NCBI GenBank assembly: GCA_018831045.1
Contig: JAHJRA010000044.1
Location: 20,731 to 84,730, forward strand
DNA length: 64,000 nt
Source of the DNA: Gammaproteobacteria bacterium
GTDB lineage: Bacteria; Pseudomonadota; Gammaproteobacteria; Burkholderiales; Thiobacillaceae
Direction of reading: 5' to 3'
Part shown: in pieces, positions 9,671 to 19,073 of the stretch
Numbering within the stretch: position 1 is the first letter of the stretch
Layout: the number at the start of each line of letters is the position of its first letter
The notes under the pieces: model-generated
Databases searched by the model: none
What the model was told of the DNA's origin: nothing
What the model saw: only the letters and a program-made list of their open reading frames with translations
Made by a program: the position numbers and the translations under genes

Positions 9671-11215
9671 TTATCCGGTTTTCTTCTTGGCGTGCAGCTG
9701 CGACAGGTCGACCGGCACCGAATTCTTGCGGTTGCCGAACAGGCTGTTCTTGGAAACGCCGTCCGAGCAGCCGTTGCCGAAAGTGAAGCCGCAGCTCGAT
9801 TTTTCCTCGAAGGTGTTGAGTGCTTCTTCACGATGACCTGACGGAATGACGAAGCGGTCCTCGTAGTTGGCAATCGCGAGGTAGCGGTACATTTCGTCGG
9901 CCTGCGCGGAGGTCAGGCCCACCTGGTCGAGCGCGGCGGTATTGGGAATGCCTTCCACCGACTTGCCGCGCATGTAGGCGCGCATCGCCAGCAGGCGGTC
10001 GAGCGCGCTGACCACCGGTTGTTCCTTGCCGCCGGTCAGCAGGTTGGCGAGGTAGGTGATCGGGATGCGCAGCGATTTCGTATCGGGAATGATGCCGTTC
10101 ATCCCCATCTTGCCGGACTCGGCCGCGGCCTGGATCGGCGACAACGGCGGCACGTACCACACCATCGGCAGCGTCCGGTATTCCGGGTGCAGAGGGAAGG
10201 CGATCTTCCAGTCGATCGCCATCTTGTAGACCGGCGACTTCACCGCAGCGTCGAGCCAGGCTTCCGGGATGCCTTCGGCGCGCGCGGCGGCAATGACCGC
10301 AGGGTCGGACGGATCGAGGAAGATCTTCAGCTGCGCTTCGTAGAGTTCCTTCTCGTCGGGCACGCTGGCGGCTTCTTCGATGCGGTCGGCGTCATACAGG
10401 ATCACGCCCAGATAGCGGATGCGGCCGACGCAGGATTCCGAGCACACGGTCGGCTGACCCGCCTCGATGCGGGGATAGCAGAAGATGCACTTCTCGGCCT
10501 TGCCGGATTTCCAGTTGAAATAGATCTTCTTGTAGGGGCAGCCGGAGATGCACATGCGCCAGCCGCGGCACTTGTCCTGGTCGACCAGCACGATGCCGTC
10601 TTCCTCGCGCTTGTAGATTGAGCCCGAGGGGCAGGAGGCGACGCAGGTCGGGTTGAGGCAGTGCTCACACAGGCGCGGCAAATACATCAGGAAAGTGTTC
10701 TCGAACGTCGAGTGCATTTCCTTCTGCACGTTGTCGAAGTTCTTGTCGCGGCTGCGCGAGGAGAACTCGCCGCCGAGGTCGTCTTCCCAGTTGGGACCCC
10801 AGTTGATCTTCTCCATCTTCTTGCCGGTGATGGCCGAGATCGGGCGTGCGGTGGGCGGCGTTTCGGACAGCGGCGCCGTCTGCAGATGCTGATAGTCGAA
10901 CGTGAAGGGCTCGTAGTAGTCGTCGATTTCCGGCATGTTGGGATTGCTGAAAATGTTGGCGAGAATTTTCAGCTTGCTGCCCTGGCGCGGCACCAGCTTG
11001 CCGTCGCCCTTGAGCTTCCAGCCGCCGTTCCAGATGTCCTGGTTTTCCCACTGCTTGGGGTAGCCAATACCGGGTTTCGATTCGACGTTGTTGAACCACG
11101 CGTATTCCATGCCTTCGCGCGAGGTCCACACGTTCTTGCACGTAATCGAGCAGGTATGGCAGCCAATGCACTTGTCGAGGTTCAGCACCATCGCAATTTG
11201 GGCACGTACTTTCAT
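9671..11215 (-). CDS. narH: Respiratory nitrate reductase beta subunit
   Basis: MKVRAQIAMVLNLDKCIGCHTCS, CEHCLNPTCVASCP, CRGWRMCISGCP and CIFCYPR. Confidence 0.98.
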   Translation of the reverse strand: MKVRAQIAMVLNLDKCIGCHTCSITCKNVWTSREGMEYAWFNNVESKPGIGYPKQWENQDIWNGGWKLKGDGKLVPRQGSKLKILANIFSNPNMPEIDDYYEPFTFDYQHLQTAPLSETPPTARPISAITGKKMEKINWGPNWEDDLGGEFSSRSRDKNFDNVQKEMHSTFENTFLMYLPRLCEHCLNPTCVASCPSGSIYKREEDGIVLVDQDKCRGWRMCISGCPYKKIYFNWKSGKAEKCIFCYPRIEAGQPTVCSESCVGRIRYLGVILYDADRIEEAASVPDEKELYEAQLKIFLDPSDPAVIAAARAEGIPEAWLDAAVKSPVYKMAIDWKIAFPLHPEYRTLPMVWYVPPLSPIQAAAESGKMGMNGIIPDTKSLRIPITYLANLLTGGKEQPVVSALDRLLAMRAYMRGKSVEGIPNTAALDQVGLTSAQADEMYRYLAIANYEDRFVIPSGHREEALNTFEEKSSCGFTFGNGCSDGVSKNSLFGNRKNSVPVDLSQLHAKKKTG

Positions 11216-11260
11216 GTTTGACTCCTTGCCTGTCAGCAACCGGTGGCTGCTGGCTGTTAT

Positions 11261-11318
11261 AAAAACCCCGCACCGGAGAGAGGTGGCGCGGGTGAGGGCA
11301 GCGGGAGACGCCGCCCTC
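11261..11318 (-). terminator. Two tandem hairpins, the second followed by U5, in the narG-narH spacer
   Basis: On the mRNA: GAGGGCGGCG-tctcc-CGCTGCCCTC, then CCCGC(gcc)ACC-tctctcc-GGTGCGGG-g-TTTTT. Confidence 0.4.
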
Positions 11319-11333
11319 GAAACTTTTGTCTGT

Positions 11334-14300
11334 CTAGCGCTCGACCAGCGGGCCTTCCATCCAGTCCACCTTCTTCATCTTGCGTACGATCACGTATTCG
11401 TCGCGGTTGGAACCCACCGTGCCGTAGTAGTTGAAGCCGTAGGAAAGCTGCGCATAGCCGCCGATCATGTGCGTGGGCTTGGTGATGGTGCGCGTCACCG
11501 AGTTATGGATGCCGCCGCGGAAGCCGCTCACCTCCGCACCCGGCACGTTGATGATCTTTTCCTGCGCGTGGTACATCAGGCACATGCCCTTGGGCACGCG
11601 CTGGCTGACCACGACGCGCGCGGTCAGCGTGCCGTTGACGTTGAACACCTCGACCCAGTCGTTGTCGACCAGCCCGGCCTGCTTCGCCTCGATCTCGGAC
11701 ACCCAGACATGAGGGCCGCCGCGCGACAGCGTCAGCATGCGCAGGTTGTCGGTATAGGTGCTGTGGATGCCCCATTTCTGGTGCGGGGTGATCCAGTTGA
11801 GCACCAGCTCGTGGTTGCCGTTGGGCGTCTTACCCAGCATCGGCGCGATCGTCTTGGTGTCGACCGGCGGCTTGTAGACGCACAGGCCCTCGCCGAAATC
11901 CAGCATCCACTGGTGATCCTGGTAGAACTGCTGGCGGCCGGTCAGGGTACGCCACGGGATCAGCTCGTGGACGTTGGTGTAGCCGGCGTTGTACGACACG
12001 TGTTCCGATTCCAGCCCCGACCAGGTCGGCGACGAAATGATCTTGCGCGGCTGCGCCACGACGTCGCGGAAACGGATCTTGTCGTCCTCGCGCGGGATGG
12101 CCAGGTGCGTGTGGTCGCGGCCCGTGATCTTGGACAGCGCGTCCCAGGCTTTCACCGCTACCTGGCCGTTGGTTTCTGGTGCCAGCATGAGGATGACCTC
12201 GCAGGCGTCGATGGCCGACTCGATCTTCGGCAGGCCCAGGCTGATGCCCGCTTCGGTGACGGTGTAATTCAGTTCGCCCAGCTGCTGAACCTCATCTTCC
12301 GTGTTCCAGCTGATGCCCTTGCCGCCGTTGCCGATTTTGCTCAGCAGCGGCCCCAGCGAAGTGAACTTCTTGTAGGTGTCGCCGTAGTCGCGCGTCACCA
12401 CCGTCATGTTCGGCATGGTCTTGCCCGGGATGGCATCGACCTCGCCTTTTTTCCAGTCGCGCACGGCCATGCTCTGGCCCAGCTCGGACGGTGTGTCGTG
12501 CATCAGCGGCGTCAGCACCAGGTCTTTCTGCGTGCCGAGGTGAGTCGCTGCAAGCTCGGAAAACTTCTTCGCGATGGTCTTGTAGATTTCCCAGTCGGAT
12601 TTTGATTCCCACAGCGGTTGCACGGCTTCGCTCAAGGGATGGATGAAAGGGTGCATGTCCGAGGTATTGAGGTCGTCCTTCTCGTACCAGGTACACGACG
12701 GCAGCACGATGTCGGAATACAGACAGGTGGTGGACATGCGGAAATCGAGTGTCACCAACAGGTCGAGCTTGCCTTCGGCGCCCTTGTCATGCCACACCAC
12801 TTCCTTCGGCTTGGCCTCGCCGAGCTCACCCAGATCAGGCCCCAGCACCGCGTTCTGGGTGCCGAGCAGGTACTTGAGGAAATATTCGTGGCCCTTGCCG
12901 GACGAACCCAGGATGTTGGAGCGCCAGACGAACAGGTTGCGCGGGAAGTTCTTCGGGTTGTCCGGGTCTTCGCAGGAGAACTTGAGCGCGCCGCTCTGGA
13001 TCTGCTCGACCGCGTACTTGACCGGGTCGATGCCGGCGGCCTCGGCGGCCTGGGTGATCTCCAGCGGATTGGTTTCCAGTTGCGGCGCGGACGGCAGCCA
13101 GCCCATGCGCTCGGCACGCACGTTGAAATCGATCAGCCGGTAATCGCCCAGATCCTTGTTCGCGGTGGGCGACAGGATCTCGGACGCCGCCAGCTTCTCG
13201 TGGCGCCACTGGCTGGTGTGGGCATAGAAGTAGGACGTACCGTTCATCTGCCGCGATGGCCGGTGCCAGTCGAGACCGAACGCCAGCGGCGCCCAGCCGG
13301 TCTGTGGCCGCAGTTTTTCCTGCCCCACGTAATGCGCCCAGCCGCCGCCCGACTGGCCGATGCAGCCACACATCATCAGCATGTTGATGATGCCGCGGTA
13401 GATCATGTCGTTGTGGTACCAGTGGTTGAGCGCCGCGCCGAGGATGACCATCGACTTGCCGTGGGTCTTGTCGGCGTTGTCGGCGAACTCGCGCGCCACC
13501 GTGATGATGTCAGCACGCGGCACGCCGCAGTGCTTCTCGGCCCAGGCCGGGGTGTAGGGTACGTCGTCGTCGTAACTGGTGGGCAGGTTCGGCCCGCCAA
13601 GGCCGCGGTCGACGCCGTAGTTGGCCATGGTCAGGTCATAGACGGTGGCGATGCGCACGTCGCGACCACCGATGCTGATGACTTTGACCGGCAGATTGCG
13701 GCTGAGCAGGTCGGTGTGGTCGCCGCCGAAGTAGGGCAATGCCACTTCCACAACTTCGTCGTGATTGTCCAACAGGGTGAGCTGCGGCTTGACGTCCTTG
13801 CCCGAATAGCCGTCGCGCATTTCGAGGTTCCATGCACCGGACTGGCCCCAGCGGAAACCGATCGAGCCATTCGGCGCGACCAGGTAGCCGGTGTTTTCGT
13901 CGTACACCACCGTCTTCCATTCGGGATTGTTGTCCTGCCCCATGTTGCCGGTGAGATCCGAGGCACGCAGGTAGCGGTCGGCGATCAGCTTGCCTTCATG
14001 CTCCTTCAGCATCACCAGCATCGGCATGTCGTTGTACTGGCGGCAGTAGGTGTCGAAATACTCGCTGCGGTTCTTGTTGTGGAACTCGTTGAGGATGACG
14101 TGTCCCATCGCCAGTGCCAGCGCGGCATCGGTGCCCTGCCTGGGGGCGAGCCAGATATCGCCGAACTTGACCATCTCGCCATAATCCGACGACACCGCCA
14201 CCGTCTTGGTCCCCTTGTAGCGCACCTCGGTGTAGAAGTGGGCATCGGGGGTGCGCGTCTGCGGCACGTTGGAGCCCCATACCATCAGATAGGTCGAGTT

Positions 14301-15032
14301 GTACCAGTCGGCCGATTCCGGCACGTCGGTCTGCTCGCCCCACACCTGCGGGCTGGCCGGCGGCAGGTCGCAGTACCAGTCGTAGAACGACAAGGGGGTG
14401 CCGCCGATCAACGACAGATAACGCGAGCCGGCTGCGTAGCTCACCATCGACATGGCCGGAATCGGCGAGAAACCGGCGACGCGATCGGGACCGAATTCCT
14501 TGATGGTGAAGACGTTGGCGGCGGCGATCATTTCCGTCACCTCGTCCCACTTGGCGCGCACGAAACCGCCCAGGCCGCGCACCGACTTGTAGCGTCTGGC
14601 CTTTTCGGGCTTCTGGCTGATCGATTTCCAGGCTTCCACCGGGTCCATGGTCTTCCTTGCCTCACGCCACATCTCCATCAGGCGGCCACGGATCAGCGGA
14701 TATTTCACGCGCTGCGCCGAATACACGTACCAGGAATAGCTGGCGCCGCGCGGACAGCCGCGCGGTTCATGGTTGGGCAGATCGGCGCGGGTGCGCGGAT
14801 AGTCGGTCTGCTGGATTTCCCAGGTGATGAGGCCGTTCTTGACGAAGATTTTCCAGCTGCACGAGCCGGTGCAGTTCACCCCGTGAGTCGAACGCACCAC
14901 CTTGTCTTGCTGCCAGCGGCTGCGGTAGGCGTTTTCCCAGCTGCGGTCTTCTTTAACGACGGCACCATGGCCATCTGAAAATTCGGCGACGGTCTTCTTG
15001 AAGAAGGTCAATCTATCGAGAAAGTGACTCAT
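11334..15032 (-). CDS. narG: Respiratory nitrate reductase alpha subunit
   Basis: MSHFLDRL, STHGVNCTGSCSW (FS0), HEPRGCPRGAS, SFYDWYCDLP and TPHQKWGIHSTY. Confidence 0.99.
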   Translation of the reverse strand: MSHFLDRLTFFKKTVAEFSDGHGAVVKEDRSWENAYRSRWQQDKVVRSTHGVNCTGSCSWKIFVKNGLITWEIQQTDYPRTRADLPNHEPRGCPRGASYSWYVYSAQRVKYPLIRGRLMEMWREARKTMDPVEAWKSISQKPEKARRYKSVRGLGGFVRAKWDEVTEMIAAANVFTIKEFGPDRVAGFSPIPAMSMVSYAAGSRYLSLIGGTPLSFYDWYCDLPPASPQVWGEQTDVPESADWYNSTYLMVWGSNVPQTRTPDAHFYTEVRYKGTKTVAVSSDYGEMVKFGDIWLAPRQGTDAALALAMGHVILNEFHNKNRSEYFDTYCRQYNDMPMLVMLKEHEGKLIADRYLRASDLTGNMGQDNNPEWKTVVYDENTGYLVAPNGSIGFRWGQSGAWNLEMRDGYSGKDVKPQLTLLDNHDEVVEVALPYFGGDHTDLLSRNLPVKVISIGGRDVRIATVYDLTMANYGVDRGLGGPNLPTSYDDDVPYTPAWAEKHCGVPRADIITVAREFADNADKTHGKSMVILGAALNHWYHNDMIYRGIINMLMMCGCIGQSGGGWAHYVGQEKLRPQTGWAPLAFGLDWHRPSRQMNGTSYFYAHTSQWRHEKLAASEILSPTANKDLGDYRLIDFNVRAERMGWLPSAPQLETNPLEITQAAEAAGIDPVKYAVEQIQSGALKFSCEDPDNPKNFPRNLFVWRSNILGSSGKGHEYFLKYLLGTQNAVLGPDLGELGEAKPKEVVWHDKGAEGKLDLLVTLDFRMSTTCLYSDIVLPSCTWYEKDDLNTSDMHPFIHPLSEAVQPLWESKSDWEIYKTIAKKFSELAATHLGTQKDLVLTPLMHDTPSELGQSMAVRDWKKGEVDAIPGKTMPNMTVVTRDYGDTYKKFTSLGPLLSKIGNGGKGISWNTEDEVQQLGELNYTVTEAGISLGLPKIESAIDACEVILMLAPETNGQVAVKAWDALSKITGRDHTHLAIPREDDKIRFRDVVAQPRKIISSPTWSGLESEHVSYNAGYTNVHELIPWRTLTGRQQFYQDHQWMLDFGEGLCVYKPPVDTKTIAPMLGKTPNGNHELVLNWITPHQKWGIHSTYTDNLRMLTLSRGGPHVWVSEIEAKQAGLVDNDWVEVFNVNGTLTARVVVSQRVPKGMCLMYHAQEKIINVPGAEVSGFRGGIHNSVTRTITKPTHMIGGYAQLSYGFNYYGTVGSNRDEYVIVRKMKKVDWMEGPLVER

Positions 15033-15056
15033 TGTTTCGCTCCTTTGTCGCTCATG

Positions 15057-15132
15057 GTGAGCGGTTAGCAGTGAGCAGTGAGCGGTGGGGGGGAGTGGTT
15101 TTACCGTTTCCCGTTCACCGCTTACCGCTCAC
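15057..15132. repeat. Inverted arrays of 7-bp repeats forming a long hairpin between narK2 and narG
   Basis: gtgagcg-gttagca-gtgagca-gtgagcg at 15057-15084 faces ccgtttc-ccgttca-ccgctta-ccgctca at 15104-15131. Confidence 0.8.
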
Positions 15133-16739
15133 GGATTTTTAATCTCCGAACCCTTGCGCAGGTAGAACCACCAGTTCAGTACCAGACACACGGCGTAGAA
15201 AATGGCGAAGCCATACATCGCGTACTGCGGCGAACCGGCCTTGATCTGCTCGCCGATCACCACGGGGGCGATGAAGGCGCCGTAGGCGGCTACCGCCGAG
15301 GTCCAGCCCAGCACCGGCCCAGCCTGCACGCGGTCGAAAATGACGCCGACGGTGCGGAAGGTGGAGCCGTTGCCGATGCCGGTGGCGGCAAACAGCACCA
15401 CGAAGGTGACGATGAACTGGGTGAAGTACATCTCGGGCGTGGCCGACTGGTAGGCCTGCAGCATGATCCAGCCGGCGTAGGCAGAAGCCGCGACCATGAT
15501 GGCCGAGATGATCTGGGTGACGATGGAACCGCCGACCTTGTCCGAAATCCAGCCGCCCACCGGCCGGATCAGTGCGCCGACGAAGGGGCCGATCCAGGCG
15601 TATTGCAGCGCGGAAGGTGCATTGGGGTTCTTGATGTGCTCCCACATCCCGGTAGCGCCATTGAGGGTGTGGGTGTCGCCGAAGATCACCGTGATCGACA
15701 GTGGCAGCGCCATCGAAAAGCCGATGAAGGAACCGAAGGTGACGAGGTAAAGCGCCGTCATCGACCAAGTGTGCTTGTTGCTGAATATGGCGAACTGCTT
15801 GCTGATGTTTTCCTTCATCGCGCCGAAGGCCGCCAGCTTCATGATGATCAGTGTGCTGACGATGATGAGCGGCATCGCAAGCCACATGTTGAGGACGCCG
15901 AGGCCGGTGGGGGCGGGCAGGTAGAGATAGAGGCCGCCGATGGCGGGGACGAAGGCGAGGGTGTAGAGCCAGGTGACCTTGATGAAGGCCGCCAGGGTAT
16001 TGCCTGCATCAGGCGAGACCGGCCGCAGGTTGTTCATGCCGAACCAGGCAATGATGGCCAGCGGCACCAGCGATAGTACCCAGGCGAAACCGGCGTTCTG
16101 GATGAAGGTGGGGGTGCCGGCGAGAATCTTGCCGAAGATCCAGCCGCTGTCTTTCACCAGCGTCATCGGCTCGCCGCCCAATGTGCCGAACAGGCCGATT
16201 GTCATCACCAGCGGAATGATGATCTGCATGGTGGTGACGCCGAAGTTGCCCAAACCTGCATTGAGTCCCAGTGCGGTGCCCTGCAGGCGCTTGGGGAAAA
16301 AGGTGCTGATGTTGCTCATCGAGCTGGCGAAGTTGCCGCCGCCCACGCCTGACCACAGCGCCATCAACTGGAACGACCACAAGGGCCAGTCCTGATGCTG
16401 CAGCACGATGCCGGTGCCGATGGCAGGCGCCAGCAGCATTGCGGTGGTGAGGAAAATGACGTTGCGCCCACCCGCCAGGCGGATGAAGAAAGACGACGGA
16501 ATCCGCATCGTCGCGCCGGCCAGGCCGGAAATCGCCGTCAGGGTGAACAGTTCTTCCTTGCTGAAAGGAAATCCCAGGTTGGACATCTGCACCGCGATGA
16601 TTCCCCACATCAGCCACACGGCAAAACCGCACAGCAGCGCCGGCACCGAAATCCACAGATTGCGGTAGGCAATTTTCTTGCCGGTCGATTCCCAGAAGGT
16701 CGGGTCCTCCGGATTCCATTCCTTGATGTTGGTAGACAT
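15129..16739 (-). CDS. narK2: Nitrate/nitrite antiporter, NarK2 type (MFS)
   Basis: W.PEDPTFW..G..IA.RNLWIS, GGGNFASSMSNIS.FFP and GIGNGSTF. Confidence 0.9.
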   Translation of the reverse strand: MSTNIKEWNPEDPTFWESTGKKIAYRNLWISVPALLCGFAVWLMWGIIAVQMSNLGFPFSKEELFTLTAISGLAGATMRIPSSFFIRLAGGRNVIFLTTAMLLAPAIGTGIVLQHQDWPLWSFQLMALWSGVGGGNFASSMSNISTFFPKRLQGTALGLNAGLGNFGVTTMQIIIPLVMTIGLFGTLGGEPMTLVKDSGWIFGKILAGTPTFIQNAGFAWVLSLVPLAIIAWFGMNNLRPVSPDAGNTLAAFIKVTWLYTLAFVPAIGGLYLYLPAPTGLGVLNMWLAMPLIIVSTLIIMKLAAFGAMKENISKQFAIFSNKHTWSMTALYLVTFGSFIGFSMALPLSITVIFGDTHTLNGATGMWEHIKNPNAPSALQYAWIGPFVGALIRPVGGWISDKVGGSIVTQIISAIMVAASAYAGWIMLQAYQSATPEMYFTQFIVTFVVLFAATGIGNGSTFRTVGVIFDRVQAGPVLGWTSAVAAYGAFIAPVVIGEQIKAGSPQYAMYGFAIFYAVCLVLNWWFYLRKGSEIKNP

Positions 16740-16797
16740 GCTGACTTCCCCTTGTTAATTGACCAACGGAGCCGGACATCGCCCGCTCCGGGTTTGA

Positions 16798-18063
16798 CTA
16801 CTCCATCCGGTCTGCAAGCTGGACCCGCTTCAACTCCCGTGCCGCATCCATCGGACGCACTTCCGCCCAGTACATCCACATCAATGACACCCACACCACG
16901 CCGAACATCAGCATGAAGGCCGATGAGCGGATGCCGGTCAGGTCGACCAGCGCGCCGAACAGGATCGGCATCAGGAAACCGCCGAGGCCGCCGGCCAGAC
17001 CGACCACGCCGGACACCACGCCGATGTTGTCGGGGTAGTCGTCGGAGATGTACTTGAAGACCGAAGCCTTGCCGATGGCGAACACCACGCCGAGGCTGAA
17101 CAGGATGAGGGTGAACAGCGTTGCGTTCAGGCCGAAGTGGAAGGTGAACGGGCCGTTGACGGTCTGGATGGTGATGTCGCTCTGCGGGTAGGACAGGAAG
17201 AACAGGCAGATCAGCGCAATCCACAACACCCACCACGTCATGGTGTGGGCGCCGAACTTGTCGGAGAAATAGCCGCCGACCGCCCGCAGCAACCCACCTG
17301 GAATGCTGAAGGCAGCCGCCAGCAGCGCGGCGGTCTGGAGGTCGAAGCCGTATTCGCTGATGTAGTACTTGGTCATCCACAACGCCAGCGCCACATAGCC
17401 GCCGAACACGATCGAGTAATACTGGCTGTAGCGCCACACCCTGGGATCCTTGAAGGCGGCAAGCTGCTCGCGCAGAGTGACGGACTTGCCCACCGTGTGC
17501 CCGGGATCGCTGTAGGTGAAGAACCAGAACACGATGGCGGTCACCCCCATCAGCACCGCGTACACCTTCGGCACCATGGTCCAGCCGTAGCCGACCACGA
17601 TGATGGGCGCCAGCAGCTTGGTGAGTGCCGCGCCCGTGTTGCCGGCGCCGAAGATGCCCATTGCCAGGCCCTGCCGCTGCCTGGGAAACCAGCGCGCGCA
17701 GTAGGCAATTCCCACCGTGAACGAGCCGCCCGCCATGCCGACGAACAGTCCGGTCACCAGGAAGTGCCAGTACTGCGTCGCCCACGAAATCATCCAGATC
17801 GGGATGACCGTCGCCAGCATCAGGATGAAGAAGACGATGCGGCCGCCGAATTTATCGGTCCACATGCCCAGCGGCACGCGGATCAGCGAGCCGGTCAGCA
17901 CCGGGGTGGCGATCAGGATGCCGAATTCGGTTTCATTCAATCCCAGTTGTTGTTTGATGGGCACGCCGATCACGGCGAACATCATCCAGATCATGAAACA
18001 CACCGTGAATGCCAGTGTGCTCATGATGACGACCGACCATGCCTTGTAATGCTGCGTTGCCAT
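16798..18063 (-). CDS. narK1: Nitrate/proton symporter, NarK1 type (MFS)
   Basis: STLAFTVCF.IWMMF, PVLTGSLIRVPLG and GKASVFKYI.D.YP. Confidence 0.9.
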   Translation of the reverse strand: MATQHYKAWSVVIMSTLAFTVCFMIWMMFAVIGVPIKQQLGLNETEFGILIATPVLTGSLIRVPLGMWTDKFGGRIVFFILMLATVIPIWMISWATQYWHFLVTGLFVGMAGGSFTVGIAYCARWFPRQRQGLAMGIFGAGNTGAALTKLLAPIIVVGYGWTMVPKVYAVLMGVTAIVFWFFTYSDPGHTVGKSVTLREQLAAFKDPRVWRYSQYYSIVFGGYVALALWMTKYYISEYGFDLQTAALLAAAFSIPGGLLRAVGGYFSDKFGAHTMTWWVLWIALICLFFLSYPQSDITIQTVNGPFTFHFGLNATLFTLILFSLGVVFAIGKASVFKYISDDYPDNIGVVSGVVGLAGGLGGFLMPILFGALVDLTGIRSSAFMLMFGVVWVSLMWMYWAEVRPMDAARELKRVQLADRME

Positions 18064-18173
18064 GATCCCTCCAACCAGTAAACTTTAAGATGTGCATGTC
18101 CGAAGAGCTGATTGCACTGTATGCCTTTGCAGGAAGATGAAAAGCCCACAAAAGGAGGATGGTTGGCCTGATC

Positions 18174-18189
18174 TACCTCTGAATGGGTA
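18174..18189. promoter_or_regulatory. NarL 7-2-7 binding site between divergent narK1 and cytochrome c5
   Basis: TACCTCT-GA-ATGGGTA fits TACYYMT-N2-AKRRGTA at every specified position. narXL are in the window. Confidence 0.8.
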
Positions 18190-18446
18190 GCGGTGTTGTG
18201 TTGCTAACACATTGTTTGTTAATTGAAAGTTGTTGCGGAGGCACAGGTGGATACGCAGGCCTGGCGCGTTGGAGGTAGTCCTTCGGCGCTGTCAGGAGGC
18301 AATGCGGTGCGTGCTATATTTCAGCCATGCCGATGATGCGTGTCCGGCTTTTATTGACCCACACCCATGCAAATAAGGGTGGCAACCCAATCATCGGCTC
18401 CCTTATCCGAGGTCGTCCAAATGCCTCGACACTCCTGGAGGAACAA

Positions 18447-18866
18447 ATGAATAAAACTTCGATCATTCTGGCCGCTTCACTTGCGGTTTTGTTGAGTGCC
18501 TGCGGCAAGGAGGAAGCTGCTGTAACGGAGGCGCCTGCCCCCGCTCCAGCAGCAGCGGAAGCACCCGCACCGGTGGCGCCCATGGCGGAAGCACCGGCAC
18601 CGGTTGCCGAGAACCTTGTTGGCAAAAAGACATATGGCAATGTCTGCTCAATGTGCCATGCGTCTGGCGCAGCAGGCGCGCCGAAGCCCGGCGACAAGGC
18701 TGACTGGGGACCGCGCATCGCGCAGGGCATGGATATGCTTCACAAACACGCGATAGAAGGGTTCACTGGTGCTAAAGGCGTGATGCCTGCACGTGGCGGA
18801 TCCGCAACGCTGTCGGATGACGACGTCAAGGCTGCCGTGGACTATATGGTCGAGCTGTCAAAATAA
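18447..18866 (+). CDS. Lipoprotein cytochrome c5 with Ala/Pro-rich tether
   Basis: Lipobox LLSAC, linker EAPAPAPAAAEAPAP, CSMCH heme motif, MPARGG distal Met. GGAGGA RBS. Confidence 0.9.
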   Translation: MNKTSIILAASLAVLLSACGKEEAAVTEAPAPAPAAAEAPAPVAPMAEAPAPVAENLVGKKTYGNVCSMCHASGAAGAPKPGDKADWGPRIAQGMDMLHKHAIEGFTGAKGVMPARGGSATLSDDDVKAAVDYMVELSK

Positions 18867-18898
18867 GCAGTCAACGCGCCCGGGTGTGGCGGGATAGC

Positions 18899-18937
18899 AA
18901 AAAAGCGGAGGAGACATTCGTCTCCCCCGCTTTTTTT
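18899..18937. terminator. Bidirectional intrinsic terminator between cytochrome c5 and the nos operon end
   Basis: AAAAAAGCGGAGGAGAC-attc-GTCTCCCCCGCTTTTTTT. Confidence 0.85.
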
Positions 18938-19073
18938 ATGGCTACCCCTTGCCATGCGGTTATGGTCGATTCGCTGCATGGGGTGTCCGGTCAGCGAATA
19001 GCTGCGGCCAGGGAGAATTCACATCAAGTGATGCCCGGTACAAATCGGCCTGTCCTGATTGAGCGCAGAGGCG

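Noticed and set aside
18345-18360. FNR/DNR box TTGAC-ccac-ACCCA
   Set aside because: The right half matches poorly, so it is not distinguishable from chance.
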